A stretch of 57,592 bases of DNA, filler included, from Sphacelaria rigidula (GCA_964200075.2; 8 parts of 8 records of this genome joined end to end with filler, not necessarily neighbours in it), one strand, 5' to 3'; shown: positions 1 to 13,200, counted from the first letter of the whole stretch. Program-made: numbers and translations. Notes: generated by a model not told the origin, from the letters alone.

Positions 1-76
1 GTCAAAAGGTGGGTCAAACGTCATAAAAGTGAACAATCCGTGGGTAAAAAATCTGTTGCCATAACATCCGGCCTTA

Positions 77-252
77 CTACACAACATACAAATTTGGTTG
101 TCGATAACCGAAATATTGGAGTCCTAGGTGAAAAACCAATTTCGCGGAATTTCGGCGATCCGATCGGATCACCTAAACTCCCCAATATTATTTTTTCACC
201 AAGGACCCCAACATTTCGGTTGTTGAAATCCAAATTTGTAGGGCGTGTAGCA
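77..252. repeat. Imperfect inverted repeat (about 60-nt arms) with a central GATCCGATCGGATC palindrome; probable MITE/hairpin
   Basis: 77-135 (tactacacaacatacaaatttggttgtcgataaccgaaatattggagtcctaggtgaaaaa) matches the reverse complement of 190-252; the opposite-strand ORFs 21-263 and 40-273 translate alike for this reason. Confidence 0.75.
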
Positions 253-663
253 GTTGTCAACAACCACCAGTAGGTGAAGGAATGGAACCATATCCCGAAG
301 CTTTCGTGCGGATACGAAGACTTTTGATCCTCCGGGTTCTCATCTCAATGAAAAGCTCCATCCTCAATTCAGATGATCGGCTGTTGTTACACGTCACATG
401 TTGCATGAAGAACGGGCACGTAAAGGGCCACACGTCGGGCTTACCTTACCGAAGGTCACTTTCCATTGCACCGTCACTGAAATCAGGTCTACTCTACGCA
501 ATGCTCAAGGTATATGCTGTCGAAAAAACACGATGGAACGAATGACACGTGGAACCAAAGGTAACTTGAGAACGAACAACAGCAGCGCACATCTGCTCAA
601 TCAACGTCTTCACCCCAACCTATCCGCCGTCCCCCCCTTCTTTGATGGTTTGACGCTTCTGGG

Positions 664-1243
664 GACACTTTCTACGATACCCCCCCCCCCAAAAAAAGGG
701 CATGGTTTGCACACGCGACCATTTGGCTACACCCCAAAATGCCTCCGGAGGGATGCGCGGCCCTCCAAGGGGAAAACAAGCCTCCGGAGGCCTTCCATCC
801 CTCTGGAGGAACCCAAACTACCGACCCGGAGGGCCACGCACCCCTCCGGAGGAATCTGGGGGTATGCGCGGCCAGAGGCAGAATAAGCCTCCGGAGGCGT
901 TCAATCCCTCTGGGGGAAACCAAAAAATCTTCTCTGGAGGGCCGCGCAACCCTTCGGAGGCGTTGAATTCCTCTGGAGACTCGAAAAATGTACCCACCTC
1001 GGGAAATTTTGGAGGTAGGCAAATGGCCGCGTGTGTGGGGTGGTGAAACCTTCACGTAAATCGACATGGTAAAAGCTGAGCACAACAAGCAGCTGGGAAT
1101 TCACACGCTGGGGTCCGTTCTCGCCAATGTCGCCAACATGAGTCGATTCATGCAGCCTGAACCCAAACATCAGGCGCTGTATGACCATTTGTGTAGTGAC
1201 TCTTTTGGGCTGGTTTTGGGGGGGGGGCGTCGTAGAAAGTGTC
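664..1243. mobile_element. Non-autonomous TIR element (GACAC-family MITE) with 4-bp TSD TGGG and internal CCTCCGGAGG-type repeats
   Basis: Starts gacactttctacgat-C-run and ends G-run-cgtcgtagaaagtgtc; tggg flanks both sides (660-663, 1244-1247); 1050-1190 is the reverse complement of about 44100-44243. Confidence 0.85.
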
Positions 1244-1878
1244 TGGGGTCGAACTGTTCCCTCACAAAGGGGGCTCGTGATCTTGGCTCTTCTGCAAAAA
1301 TGTCCTCTCATACCCCCTTCCCCCCCGTTCCTTGAGAGGCAAAGGTAGGCATTGTCACGGTTGCCAAGCGCTTGAAAGTCCTGTGCTAGCAGCAAAGCAC
1401 TCGACTACACTATACGCGGGAGCAACGCCGGGTCACGGAAATATTATTTTTTCGCTGTCTGCGGCATACAAGCGTGCAAGTCTGCACCGACAAATATTTT
1501 GGGGGCGTACGTCGAACGAGGCAAGGTTGGCCTTCACCCCCCTTCGGCGCCATGATCCCTCAGATGGATCCGGGGTGGACCCAGTGGAGAAATGTGAGAT
1601 GCAACTACTCGTACTGTTGTAGGGCAAATCACTTAAGCCCAGGGTTGGGCACTAAGGAACACATGATATACCGTATCGTCGAGGTGGATGCATTCCACAC
1701 AAAAGGGATCGCTCTGCTATGACCTCTGGGTTTGCGGTATCATGGGAGATCATTCATACTTCCTCCGTCCTGCATGGTGAAGTCGGTCATGGGGTGCAGA
1801 TAATGTCACCCCAGTGAAGGTGCCTACGATGCTGTAGTTGCTTTCATTGACAATATACACTTATCAATATATTTGGAG

Positions 1879-1882
<4 letters not shown>

Positions 1883-1915
<33 letters not shown>
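1883..1915. repeat. (CA)n microsatellite
   Basis: Read directly. Confidence 0.95.
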
Positions 1916-1916
<1 letters not shown>

Positions 1917-3310
1917 CGGAATTATTGCTATTGAGAACATAATAGGACGAAATTGTTTATATTTTGGGAATTGCTCGAGAATTGTTTTGGGGATTATTTC
2001 TTAACTGTCTATTCTTTTTTGGATTCCCCGCCCAGCCGCCCACCACCCACCACAACCGCGGTGGACTCTCTCGTTCACACACCCCACGTCATAAACGGCG
2101 CCGACGTATCATTGCGCCGCTGTTACGCCATGTCGATGGAGATAGCGCTGGCTATTTCGCCAGGTGACCAAAGGATGCCGAAGAGCATTCTGTGTTTGCT
2201 CAACCAGCGCTGTGGTGTTGGCCCCGAGTGCCCGACAAAACAATGGGAGAAGTACAAAGCTCAGACAGACGACACCGGGGAGCTCGATCCCTCGAACTAC
2301 TGTAATGTCGGAGTGGGCGGCCGTTGCTCCTTACTCTAACCAAGGCCGCGGCGCTACGGACGATCAAAGTGTTTTCAAAGATTTTCCCTCACTGGATAGG
2401 GGGCGAGGATCGGCAACTTTCGAGCCGAAAAAAATGTTTCCGGCCCTTCGCCCACGCAGGGTACTGTGGTACGCAAACAAGAAACAAAATCGACCAAAAG
2501 TACCTATAATAATATGAAAGTGTTACCATCCCTAAAAGCATCACTCACGGTGACGGGTCCATGCAAGCATAACCGACTTCACTCATGGGACAGGGGATAT
2601 ATATGTACATACTTCCTCTGTCCCATAAGTCTGTGCAGTTATGGACGTTTGATCGTTCGGGTATTTCAACGCTGACGGTCATCCTACAGTTGGGTTCGTT
2701 AGAGAGATAACGCGCAGATGAAGCTGACTAAAAAATAAAAGAGAAAAAAAAAGTTGTTTTCAATCCTAATTTCAGGTCAAAATATACCTCATTTTGGCCC
2801 TTTTTGGTCCACTTATACCCCAATGTTGACCGATTTTGAACATTTTTCCGTCGAGCAATAGCGATCACATGCTGAAAATTTGTTTGATAGGGCGTGCGTA
2901 GGTTAACGTCACGGAGATATCCAAATCAGTGGTGGTTTTGCGGTTTTGACACTTTTTTCACGATTTTTCGCGATTTCCGGGCCTGCTATGCTTTACTGTG
3001 GAAAACAGCGAAAAATGGCCATATTTTGACCGACCCACGTTTTCACGGTCGCGAGGCTGCACGGGTCAAGCACCCATCTTGCAGAAAGAGTTTTGCTTTT
3101 AGCTCAAAAAACGCCAACGAATGCAATAAAATAATCGAAATCAAATCGGACACCGTTAAGGGCTCGTATAAACATAGCGACACAGACTTATGAGACAGAG
3201 GAAGTACATAAATAGAGGGGGAGGGAGAATGCCATGAAATCACGCGTTTCAGGTTCAACGAAAACCTAGTGTACTCCATGAGTCATCTGCGCCGGCAGAG
3301 AGGAGAGAGG

Positions 3311-3341
3311 CAGAGACAGAGACAGAGACAGAGACAGACAG
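3311..3341. repeat. (GAGACA)n microsatellite
   Basis: Read directly. Confidence 0.85.
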
Positions 3342-4479
3342 AGGAGAACAGTATACAGAAGACACAAGAAAAGGATGATACAATTTCGGACCCCCAATAC
3401 CGTAGGCTTGCAGAAATGTGCGACAGAGAGTGCGAACTCTGTGGTAGTTTTTGCATCGTTACTGTACAGGCTACTCGGGTTTATTTTTCCCAGCGACTCA
3501 GGACAAGTTCATCAACATGTCGACCCGGCGCAAAATGCTGCGTAGTGTATGTAGCGCGAGATTTACAGACCCTTTGGAAAGCCTGCCCATGCTGACCTTT
3601 GGCTCCCCCTTCGATCCGGGGGGTTTCCACAATGATTGTTGTGGTGACATACACCCCGGGGGTCTTCTTCTGGGTACTTGTACTTCGCGGATAGTCTGAC
3701 TTCCCAACCGCTAAGGTGCAGCCTGTGTCCGCGGCCTTTTGTCGTGCCTATTTTGTCGTACATATTTTTGTCGTATTTCTTGTCGTAACTATTTTCGTCA
3801 TTCCGCTTGACGTTTTTGTGCTGTTTTTATAGATTTTGTAAAGCCTCTTTAGCTGGAGCCATGTAGAAGGGGCCAACCGTTACATTTTTTCTTCGCAGAA
3901 GCGGTACTAGACCTATGTTGGCGTTGTTTCTTTTTTTCCTCCCTTTTTACATGTTCTCTTCTGCAGTATATTTTTTTCAGTATTTTTCGTTCTCGTTTTT
4001 GTTTTGGCTTCCTTTGCAGGGGCGAGACACACACTACTACCACGGTTCGAAGATAGCGAGCGCGGGGATTTGGTAGAGGGAGAAGACGAAGCCAGAATAA
4101 GGAACGAAAGTTACAACGGACAAATCCAGCGAGGGGAGAAAGAAAAGGGGGAGAGAAGAAAGAAAAACAACGAAGAAGGAACGAAAAGAACGCAAAAAGA
4201 AAAAGAAAAAAAAAAGAACCAAGAAAGAACCAAGAGAAAAGGAACGAGACAAAAATATAGGATGAAGAACCCACCAACAAAACAGACCATGGATATCAAC
4301 ATGAACATGAAGTTAAAGTAGGAAATGTCGCTAGAGTTGCAAGCTAAAGGGAAAAAAATCGACAACCCATAAAAACGGCAGCTCTTACAGTTCCCTCGTC
4401 CTTGGCCCCCTCATCCCTAGTCATATACAAAGCGGGCCACCCATTCCATCATTTCAATTGGGCGCAGCGTCACACGTAC

Positions 4480-4643
4480 CTCCTCTTCAGCCTCGGACAG
4501 CACACGTCGCCTTGCTTTGCTGCTCTCTGCTACCCCTCCACCACCGCTACCGTCCCCGCCTTTGCCGCCGAAGTCTCCGCTCACGAACAAAGTGGGATAT
4601 CTACGGAGAACGATAACTCTCGTGGCCGTTACGAGCCCCCCCC
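4480..4643 (-). CDS. BRCA2: BRCA2 exon (OB1 end / start of OB2-tower region)
   Basis: cag acceptor and gtacgt donor; in phase with exon 6544-6997; reads GGGLVTATRVIVLRRYPTLFVS...RRVLSEAEEE, matching the BRCA2 pattern GG.V..VDVII.R.YP....RNEREEE. Confidence 0.85.
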
Positions 4644-4822
4644 CTGATGGCAGCAAGCAATGAACAAAACAAACGACAGACACACGACGACAATGAAAAC
4701 GAGAAGCACGTGAACTAATCGATGGCCATAAACAGCAAGAACGTCCAGTACCCTGATCTTTCTCTGGAAAAAAAAAAAGGGGGTATTTCAGGTGCCACAA
4801 GTTTCCGGACGTTATGAGGCAC

Positions 4823-5025
4823 ATGACCGACGCGGGAGAGACATCTGTAACTCGACCATCAAGAGCGTGAACCAGTTTGACGGTACCAAATTCCTTGAAT
4901 GGGCGTGCTCTACACGCACCGCTGTCTCGCTGACTCATCTTGGGATCTCTGACATCATCAACGGGGAAAAATGCCCCGCCGAAATTTGTGAAGGAGACTT
5001 GACTGTCATTGAGATGTGGAGTTGA
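4823..5025 (+). pseudogene. Possible Copia gag N-terminal remnant inside a BRCA2 intron
   Basis: IKSVNQFDGTKFLEW..STRTAVSLTH..ISDIING resembles the Copia gag N-terminal FDGxNFxxW pattern; no downstream pol. Confidence 0.35.
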
Positions 5026-5629
5026 AACTCGTGACGAAGAAAGTTGCTGTATCTACATTGATACCAAACTCCGTCGGGATCCACTCCCGAGGCCGTCAAC
5101 TACCGTCCAGTCGTGCGCTCGAACTATCGGAAGGGGTACCGACGACGACCGAGACGGCGACGGCAGCGGCGGCGGCGGCGGGAGCACTGCAGCAAAATAC
5201 CAAGTCGAGGATCTTGCTGAAGGCGTGGCGGACTACTGTCGCACGGTATGACATGTGAGGGCAATCGTGAACACGCAAAGCATACAATACTACGATCGGT
5301 GGTAACGGGCAGTTGTTCAAGATCTTGTACTTGGCAGCAACTGCTGGTGAGCGGCAAGTTTTTTTTTTATTCAACTTTCGAGCCAAAAAAAGGGTTGTGA
5401 AAAAAATGCCAAGCAGCAAAAGAGCGTGGGATCGCCTCGTTGCTCAACACCAAAAACGGAACAAAAACGCCGTCCTCTTATGCGGGCGGGGTTGGACTAC
5501 CGTGTCACAGGGCCAAGGTGCTCACGTGTTCGTGACACGAGTATAACAACCTCGGGACCAGTGAGTCCACATGGGAGAGATAATATCAGAGGAGCAAGTC
5601 ACGGGTTATGTTATGAAGGGTTTGGCCGA

Positions 5630-5982
5630 ATATTGCGTGCTGTCATCCCATTTACTCTGGACGCCGGTATAAACCTTTCGGTATGTGTGGGCGCACCAGC
5701 CGGGGTCACAAAGGAGGTAGGCCAACACAGGAGTTTATTTTTGTATATTAGTTCTCCACCTTCCTTCTGTTGTGATTGCCTTTATATTTTTCATCGCGAA
5801 TGGGGTTCAGCAGTTACTTTCCCCCTGGACCGTTGAGTCGAACTTTGTATACCCACGACATAGTCGCTCTCCACTGTTAGGCATTGAGTGAGAATAAATC
5901 GCAAATCGCTCTGAGATTGGAACCCACGACCCAACCGTCGAGAGGTTTCGAGGTTACCAACTGAGCCACCGCGGCGATCGGC
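5630..5982 (-). mobile_element. tRNA-derived SINE, copy 1
   Basis: Minus-strand head ggtggctcagttggtaacc (A box) ... gggttccaatc (B box-like); body shared with copy 2 (e.g. gtcgaactttgtrtacccacgacatagtcgctctccactgtt). Confidence 0.7.
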
Positions 5983-6099
5983 TAAAAATACGATCAAACT
6001 AAATACAATGCTCGAGGCGACCCCAACTTTAGCATCGCTGAAGTTGAAGTCACTATGCGAAGCATGTGCAGACTGCGTGTGTGTGAGAGTGGATGTGGG

Positions 6100-6458
6100 T
6101 ATATGTTGTTATCCCGTCTATTTTGGACGCCAGTGTCGACCTTTCGGTACATGCGGGCGCATCAGCCAGGGTCACACACAAGGAAGGTCAACACAGCAGT
6201 TCATGCTCTTCATGTTGTTTCAGTGTTCCACCTTCCTTCTGCGGTGCTTCCCTTCTTCATCGTGAGAGGGGCTCTACGGTCCCTTATCCTGGTCGACCGT
6301 GACGTCGAACTTTGTGTACCCACGACATAGTCGCTCTCCACTGTTGGGCGTGGTGCGCGAAAAAAATACCAGGTCGTATGACTTCGCCGAGGTTCCTGTC
6401 CACGTTTGAACCGTCAGAAGGCGTCGACGGTACCAACTGAGCCACCGGGGCCACCGGC
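6100..6458 (-). mobile_element. tRNA-derived SINE, copy 2
   Basis: Diverged direct repeat of 5630-5982; minus-strand head ggtggctcagttggtacc. Confidence 0.7.
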
Positions 6459-6543
6459 TTCGACAAAACGAGGTCCTTAGATCCGATAACAAGCTCGAAC
6501 CACGCCCACCCGCCCACCCCACCCACCTCCTCGATCCACTTAC

Positions 6544-6997
6544 CTGGCACCAGAGTACACATCGGCACCTCCAACGGAGCTAATCCACTCTTCACGCCAC
6601 CGTCCGCACCACCACTACCCTCTTGGCCCCGGCGCTTCGCCCTCCCCTCCCCGCCGCCGACTCGGTGCGAACCTCTCACGAAACCCAGCGGGGCATCCCA
6701 CCGAGCACAGCGGGTAGAATTGACGCTGAGCCGCAGACGCGGCCAACTGCCGGGGGGCGCATGTCCGCCTTCACGCCTTCTCAGGAGTTCCAGGGGGTCT
6801 ACGCCGCTTGTACCGCCGCCGGCTGCTGCGGTTGAGGACGAAGGGCAGCCTGGTTCGAGGGTAGCGTTGCTGATGGCTAGTTTCGTCCCGGGGGCAATCT
6901 TTGCGCCGGAGGTGGAGGTTGCGGCTTTGTTGCGGCGTAGGAAGTGAGCGAGGGCGTCATCGAGAGAAGCCTCCACCGAATACCAGCCGTCCGTCAC
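6544..6997 (-). CDS. BRCA2: BRCA2 exon, OB1 fold of the DNA-binding domain
   Basis: cag|GTG acceptor and CCAG|gtaagt donor; VTDGWYSVEASLDDAL...PGTKLAISNATL...DPLE...LRLSVNSTRCARWDAPLGF matches BRCA2 OB1 motifs LTDGWY, GQK, PLE and ISANSTRPARWYTKLGF. Confidence 0.92.
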
Positions 6998-7113
6998 CTG
7001 CGTTTTGTTTTTATCGAGGGAAGGAGGGGGGGGGGGGGGGGGGGGGGCTGCATTTTTTTTTTATTTTTTTTTTTGTAATATAAAACTAAAAAACTTTAGG
7101 AAGAAGTGAGGAG

Positions 7114-7213
7114 NNNNNNNNNNNNNNNNNNNNNNNNNNNNNNNNNNNNNNNNNNNNTTAATTAATTAANNNNNNNNNNNNNNNNNNNNNNNNNNNNNNN
7201 NNNNNNNNNNNNN
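7114..7213. other. Artificial 100-nt contig spacer (N44-TTAATTAATTAA-N44); also at 14326-14425, 21538-21637, 28749-28848, 35960-36059, 43171-43270, 50382-50481
   Basis: Identical spacer carrying stops in all six frames; the contigs between spacers have descending lengths 7113 to 7111. Confidence 0.97.
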
Positions 7214-10200
7214 GCCCGAACAGAACATGGAACGAAAAAGCTCATCCGCTCTTTTCTTTTTGCCACGATAACACGACCCGGGCATGGACATGAAATAAAG
7301 AAGCTCACCCGCTTGTTTCCGAGCTCACAATAACACGGCCCGAACACAGGGATGGAACGAAAACGCTCACCCGCTCTTTTCTTTCTGCTGCGATAGCACG
7401 GCCCGGACATGGACATGGACATGAAGAAGCCCACACGCTTGTTTCCGAGCTCACAATAACACGGCCCGAATAGAACATGGAACGAAAAAGCTCATCCGCT
7501 CTTTTCTCTCTGCTACGATAACACGGGCCGGACATGGACATGGAATGGAGAAGCTCACACGCCTGTTCCCGAGCTCACAATAACACGGCCCGAACAGAAC
7601 ATGGAACGAAAAAGCTCACACGCTCTTTTCTTTCTGCTACGATAACACGGCCCCGGCATGGACATGAAATGAAGAAGCTCACCTGCTTGTTTCCGAGCTC
7701 ACAATAACACGGCCCGAACACAGGGATGGAACGAAAACGCTCACCCGCTTTTTTCTTTCTGCTACGATAACACGGCCCGGGCATGGAGATGAAATGAAGA
7801 AGCTCACCCGCTTGTTCCCGAGCTCACCATAACACGGCCCGAACACAGGGATGGAACGAAAAAGCTCACCCCCCTTTCTCTTTCTGCTGCTATAACACGG
7901 CCCGGACATGATCATGAAATGAAGAAGCCCACCCGCTTGTTTCCGAGCTCACCATAACACGGCCCGAACACAGGGATGGAACGAAAAAGCTCACCCCCTT
8001 TTCTCTTTCTGCTACGATAACACGGCCCGGACATGATCATGAAATGAAGAAGCCCACCCGCTTGTTTCCGAGCTCACCATAACACGGCCCGAACAGAGAC
8101 ATGAAACGAAGAAGGTCACACTCTCTTTTCTTTCTCCTGCGATAACACGACCCGGGCATGAACATGAAAAAAAGACGCCCATCCTCTTTTTTTTGAATTC
8201 ACAAAAATACGGCCCGGACATGGACATGAAATGAAGAGGCTCACCCGCATTTTGCCGAGTTCACCATAACACGGCCCGAACACAGACATGGAACGGAGAA
8301 GGTCGCCCTCCCTTTTTTTTCTCCTGCGATAACACGGCCCGGGCATGGACATCAGAAGAAGACGCCCACCCTTTTTTGTTTTTCGAATTCACAAAAATAC
8401 GGCCCGGACATGGACATGAAATGAAGAAGCTCACGCGCTTGTTCCCGAGCTCACAATAACACGGCCCGAACACAGGGATGGAACGAAGAAGCTCACCCTC
8501 TTTTTTCTTTCTCCTGCGATCGCACGGCCCGGGCATGGACATGAAATGAAGACGCCCACTTCTTCTTTTTTGAATTCACAAAAATACGGCCCGGTCATAG
8601 ACACGAAATGCAGAATCTCACCCTCTTTTTTCCCGGACTTACCGGAACACGGCCCGGACATGAACACGAGTTAAAGGAGCTCACATTTTTTTTCTGGACT
8701 CACAAAAACACGGCCTGAACGTTGACAGGAAATGAAAAAGCTTAGCCTTCTTTTTTCTTCCACCTTCGATATCACGGCTCGGACATGGACATGAAACGAA
8801 GAAGCTCATCCTCTCGTTTCTTCCTGCTGCGATAACACGGCTCGGGCATGGACATGAGAGAAGGACGCCACCCTCGTTTTTTTTGGATTCACAAAAATAC
8901 GGCCCGAACATAGATACGAAATGAAGAATCTCACCATTTGTTTTTCCGGACTTACCGAAACACGGGCTGGACATAAACACGAGTTGAAGAAGCTCTCTTT
9001 TTTTTTTTCCGGACTCATAGAAACACGTTCCGAACGTTGACAGGAAATGATGAAGCTCACCCTCTTTTTTTTCAACAAACAAAAATACGGCCCGGACGTT
9101 GACATGAAATGAAGGAGCCGCAGAAGTTCACCCTTCATTTATTTTATCCACGATAGACATGGACATGAAATGAAAAAGCTCAGCCTTTCGTTTTTTTCAC
9201 CTACGATATCACGGCCCGGGCATGGACATGAAATGAAGAAGCTCACCCGCTTTTTTCCGAGCTCAAAAAACACGGCCCGAACATAGACATGGAACGAAGA
9301 AGCTTAGCTTGTCTTTTTTTCGTCCTGCGATAACACGGCCCTTGCATAGACACGAATGAAGAAGCTTACCCTCTTTTTTTCCGGACCCACAAAAACACGG
9401 TCCGAACGTTGACGGAAAATGATGAAGCTCACCCTCTTTCTTCCCAACAAACAAAAATACGGGCCGGACGTTGACATGAAATGAAGCTCAGCCTTTTGTG
9501 TTTTCACCTGCGATAACACGGCTTGGACGTAAACATGAGATAAAGAAGTTCACCCTCTCTTTCCCTTCACCTACGACAACACGGCCCGGACATAGACGTG
9601 AAATAATGAAGCTCACCTGGTCGTTTCCGAGCTCACAATAACACGGCCCGGACATGGACATTGAACGAAGAAGCTCACCCTTTCTCTTCTTTCTCCTACG
9701 ATGACACGGCCCGGGGACAGATATGTAATTTAGACGTCCACTCTTCTATTCAAACTCATAAAAACACAGCTCGGACATGGACATGAAATGAAGGAGCTCA
9801 GCCTTTCGTGTTTTTCGCCTACGATATCACGGCCCGGACATAGACATCAAATGCAGAGGTTCACCCTCTCTTCACCTACGAAAACACGGCCCGGACATAG
9901 ACGTGAAATGCAGAAGCTCAGCCTCTCGTTTCTTCCTCCTACGACAACACGGCCCGGACATAGACGTGAAATGAAGAAGCTCAGCCTCTCGTTTCTTCCT
10001 CCTACGATAACACGGCCCGGGCATGGACATGAGGTGACGACGCCCTCTGTCTTATTTCTAACTCACAAAAACACAGCTCGGCCATAGACATGAAATGAAG
10101 ACGCTCACGTTTTGTTTTTTTCACCCACAATAGCACGGCCCGGACATAGACATGAAATGAAGAAGCTCAACCTTTTGTGTTTTTCACCTACGATATCACG

Positions 10201-13200
10201 GCCCGGACAATGACATCAAATGCAGAAGTTCACCCTCTCTTCACCTACGACAACACGGCCCGGACGTAGACGTGAAATGAAGAAGCTCAGCCTCTCGTTT
10301 CTTCCTCCTACGATAACACAGCCCGGACATGGACATGAAATGAAGACGCTCACGTTTTGTTTTTTTCACTCACAATAGCACGATCCGGACAGATATGAAA
10401 TCAAGAAGCTCACCCTCTCTTTTCTTTCATCTACGACAGCACGGCCCGGACGTGGAGATTGAGAAACAAGCCTCTCCCTTCTTTTTATTGAACCTTAAAC
10501 AACACAGACATGGTATGGAGAGGTCAACCATCCTCAATCTTGAACCTACCGTTATACAGCCGGGATATACACATGCAACGAAGAAGCTCACCCTCCTTTC
10601 ATTTACTTTACCACAACACAGCCCGGACATGGACATGAAATGAAGAAGCTCACCCTCTCCTTTCTTTCACTTACGGTAACACGGCCCGGACAGCTATGAA
10701 ATCAAGAAGCTCACCCTCTCTTTTCTTTTATCTACGACAGCACGGCCCGGACGTAGAGATGGAGAAACAAGCCCCTCCCTCCTTTTATTGAACCTCAAAC
10801 AACACAGACATGGTATGGAGAGGCCAACCATCCTCCTTCTTGAACCTACCGTTATACAGCCGGGATATACACATGCAACAAAGAAGCCCACCCTACTTTC
10901 ATTTACTTTACCACAACACAGCCCGGACATAGACATGAAATGAAGAAGCTCACCCTCTCCTATTTTTCACTTACGATAACATGGCCCGGACAGACATGAA
11001 ATGAAGAAGCTCACCCTCTCTTTTCTTTTATCTACGATAACACGGCCCGGACGTAAAGATGGAGAAACAAGCCTTTCTCTTATTTTCATTGAACCTCAAA
11101 CAAGACAGACATGGTATGGAGAGGTCAACCATCCTCCTTGTTGAACCTACCGTTATACAGCCGGGATATACATATGCAAGAAAGAAGCTCACCCTACTTT
11201 CATTTACTTTACCACAACACAGCCCGGACATAGACATGAAATGAAGAAGCTCACCCTCTTTTTTCTTTCACTTACGATAACACGGCCCGGACATGGACAT
11301 GAAATGGAGAAACAAGCCTCTCCCTTCTTTTTATTGAACCTCAAACAACACAGACATGGTATGGAGAGGTCAACCATCCTTATTGAACCTACCGTTATAC
11401 AGCCGGGATATACACATGGAACAAAGGAGCTCACCCTCCTTTCATTTACTTTACCACAACACAGCCCGGACATAGACATGAAATGAAGAAGCTCACCCTC
11501 TTTTTACTTTCACCTACGATGACACGGCTCGGACATGGACATAGAATCAGGAAGCTGGCGCTCCTTTTCTCCTTACTTACCTTAACCCAGCCCGGACATG
11601 GACATGGAGAAAGGAACCTCACCCCCTTTTTATCGAACCTCAAACAACACAGCTCGGACGTAGACATAGTATGGAGAGGTGAAACCTCCTCCTTCCATTT
11701 ATTCCACCATAACACAGCCCCGAGGTACACATGGAACAATGAAGCTCATCCTCTTTTTCATTCATTAACGAAAGCACAGCCCGGACATGGACATGAAATG
11801 AAGAAGCTCATCCTCTACTGATTCCATCTAACTATAAACAGCCCGGACATGGAGATGTAGTATAAAAGCTTTACTTTTTTTTTTGTAACATATCGTAACA
11901 CAGCCCGGACATGGACACGACATGAAAAAGCTAACCCCTCTTCTCACCACACTTACCGTAACATTGCCCGGACATGGACACGAAATGAAAAAACTAAACC
12001 TCCTTTTCACCACATTTACCATTCCGTAGCCCGGACATGGACATGAACTGAATAACCTAACCCTCCTTTCTATTTAACCTACCTGAACGAAGCTCACGCT
12101 GGTGTTCACCTAACCTAACATAAAACAGCCCGGACCGAGACATGGAATGAAGAAGCATATGCAATGTTTCACCTATCCTACTATAACACAGCGCGGACAT
12201 AGACATTGGAACGACGAAGTTTACCCTCCTTTTTATTTACCCCTGAAAAACCAGCCCAAACTTAGAAATGGGATGAAGAAGTTTACCCTACTCTATTTTG
12301 CCCTACCATAACACGGCCGCCACATGGACAGATGATAACAAAGCTTACCCTCCTTTTTTTCAACTCACAAAAACACAGCTCGGACCTGGACATGAAACGA
12401 AGAAGCTCACCGTCCCTCCTATTCAACTGACAAAAACACAGCCTTGACGTGGGCATGAAATGACGAAGCTCAGCCTTGTTTTCACCTAACCTACAACAAC
12501 ACAGCCCGGACATAGACATGGAATGAAGAGGCTAACGCAAATTTCCATTTATTCTGTATAACACGGCCCGAATTTAGACATTGGAATAACGAAGCTCACC
12601 CTTTTTTTTTTGAACCCTGAAAAAACAGCCTGGACATGGACATGGGTGAAGAGGCTAACGCAATTTCTCATTGATCACTAGAGAAGCTCAACCTCCTTTA
12701 GTTGAAGCTACCACAACACAGCCCGGATAGGGAATGTGATGAAAAAGCTTACCCCACTTTCTTCAACCTACCAGAACACAGCCCGGACATGGACAATAAA
12801 TGAAGGAGCTAACCCATTTTTTTTTCTAACCTACCGGAGCACAGCCCGGACATAGACGAGGAACGGAGGAGCCAAGCCTCCTTTCGATGCAACCCACCAG
12901 ATTACAGCCCGGACATGGACATGAAATGAAAACGTTCACGCTCGTTTTCCCTCAACTCGCCACATCACAGCCCGGGTGTAGACGTGAAATGAGAAGCTTA
13001 CCCTCTTTTTGTTTGTACTTACCATAACATCGCCCGGACATGGACATGTAAAAACGAACCTCACTCTCCTTTTGATTGACCCTAAAACAACACAGCCCGG
13101 ACATAGACATGGAGAATAGAGGGGCCAACCCCCCTCTTTTTTGTTCTATTCACAAAAGTACAGCCCGGACATAGACATGAAATAAGGAAGCCAACCCTCT

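Noticed and set aside
1953..2339. Possible exon or further BRCA2 exon
   Set aside because: No recognisable motif or convincing in-phase splice sites on either strand
3849..4365. Lys/Glu-rich or Phe-rich membrane protein ORFs
   Set aside because: Low-complexity purine-rich tract with no splice or motif support
5915..5982. tRNA gene
   Set aside because: A and B boxes are present but there is no complete cloverleaf, and the sequence continues into a repeated SINE body
6997..7300. Array lying inside a BRCA2 intron
   Set aside because: They are on different contigs joined by an artificial spacer
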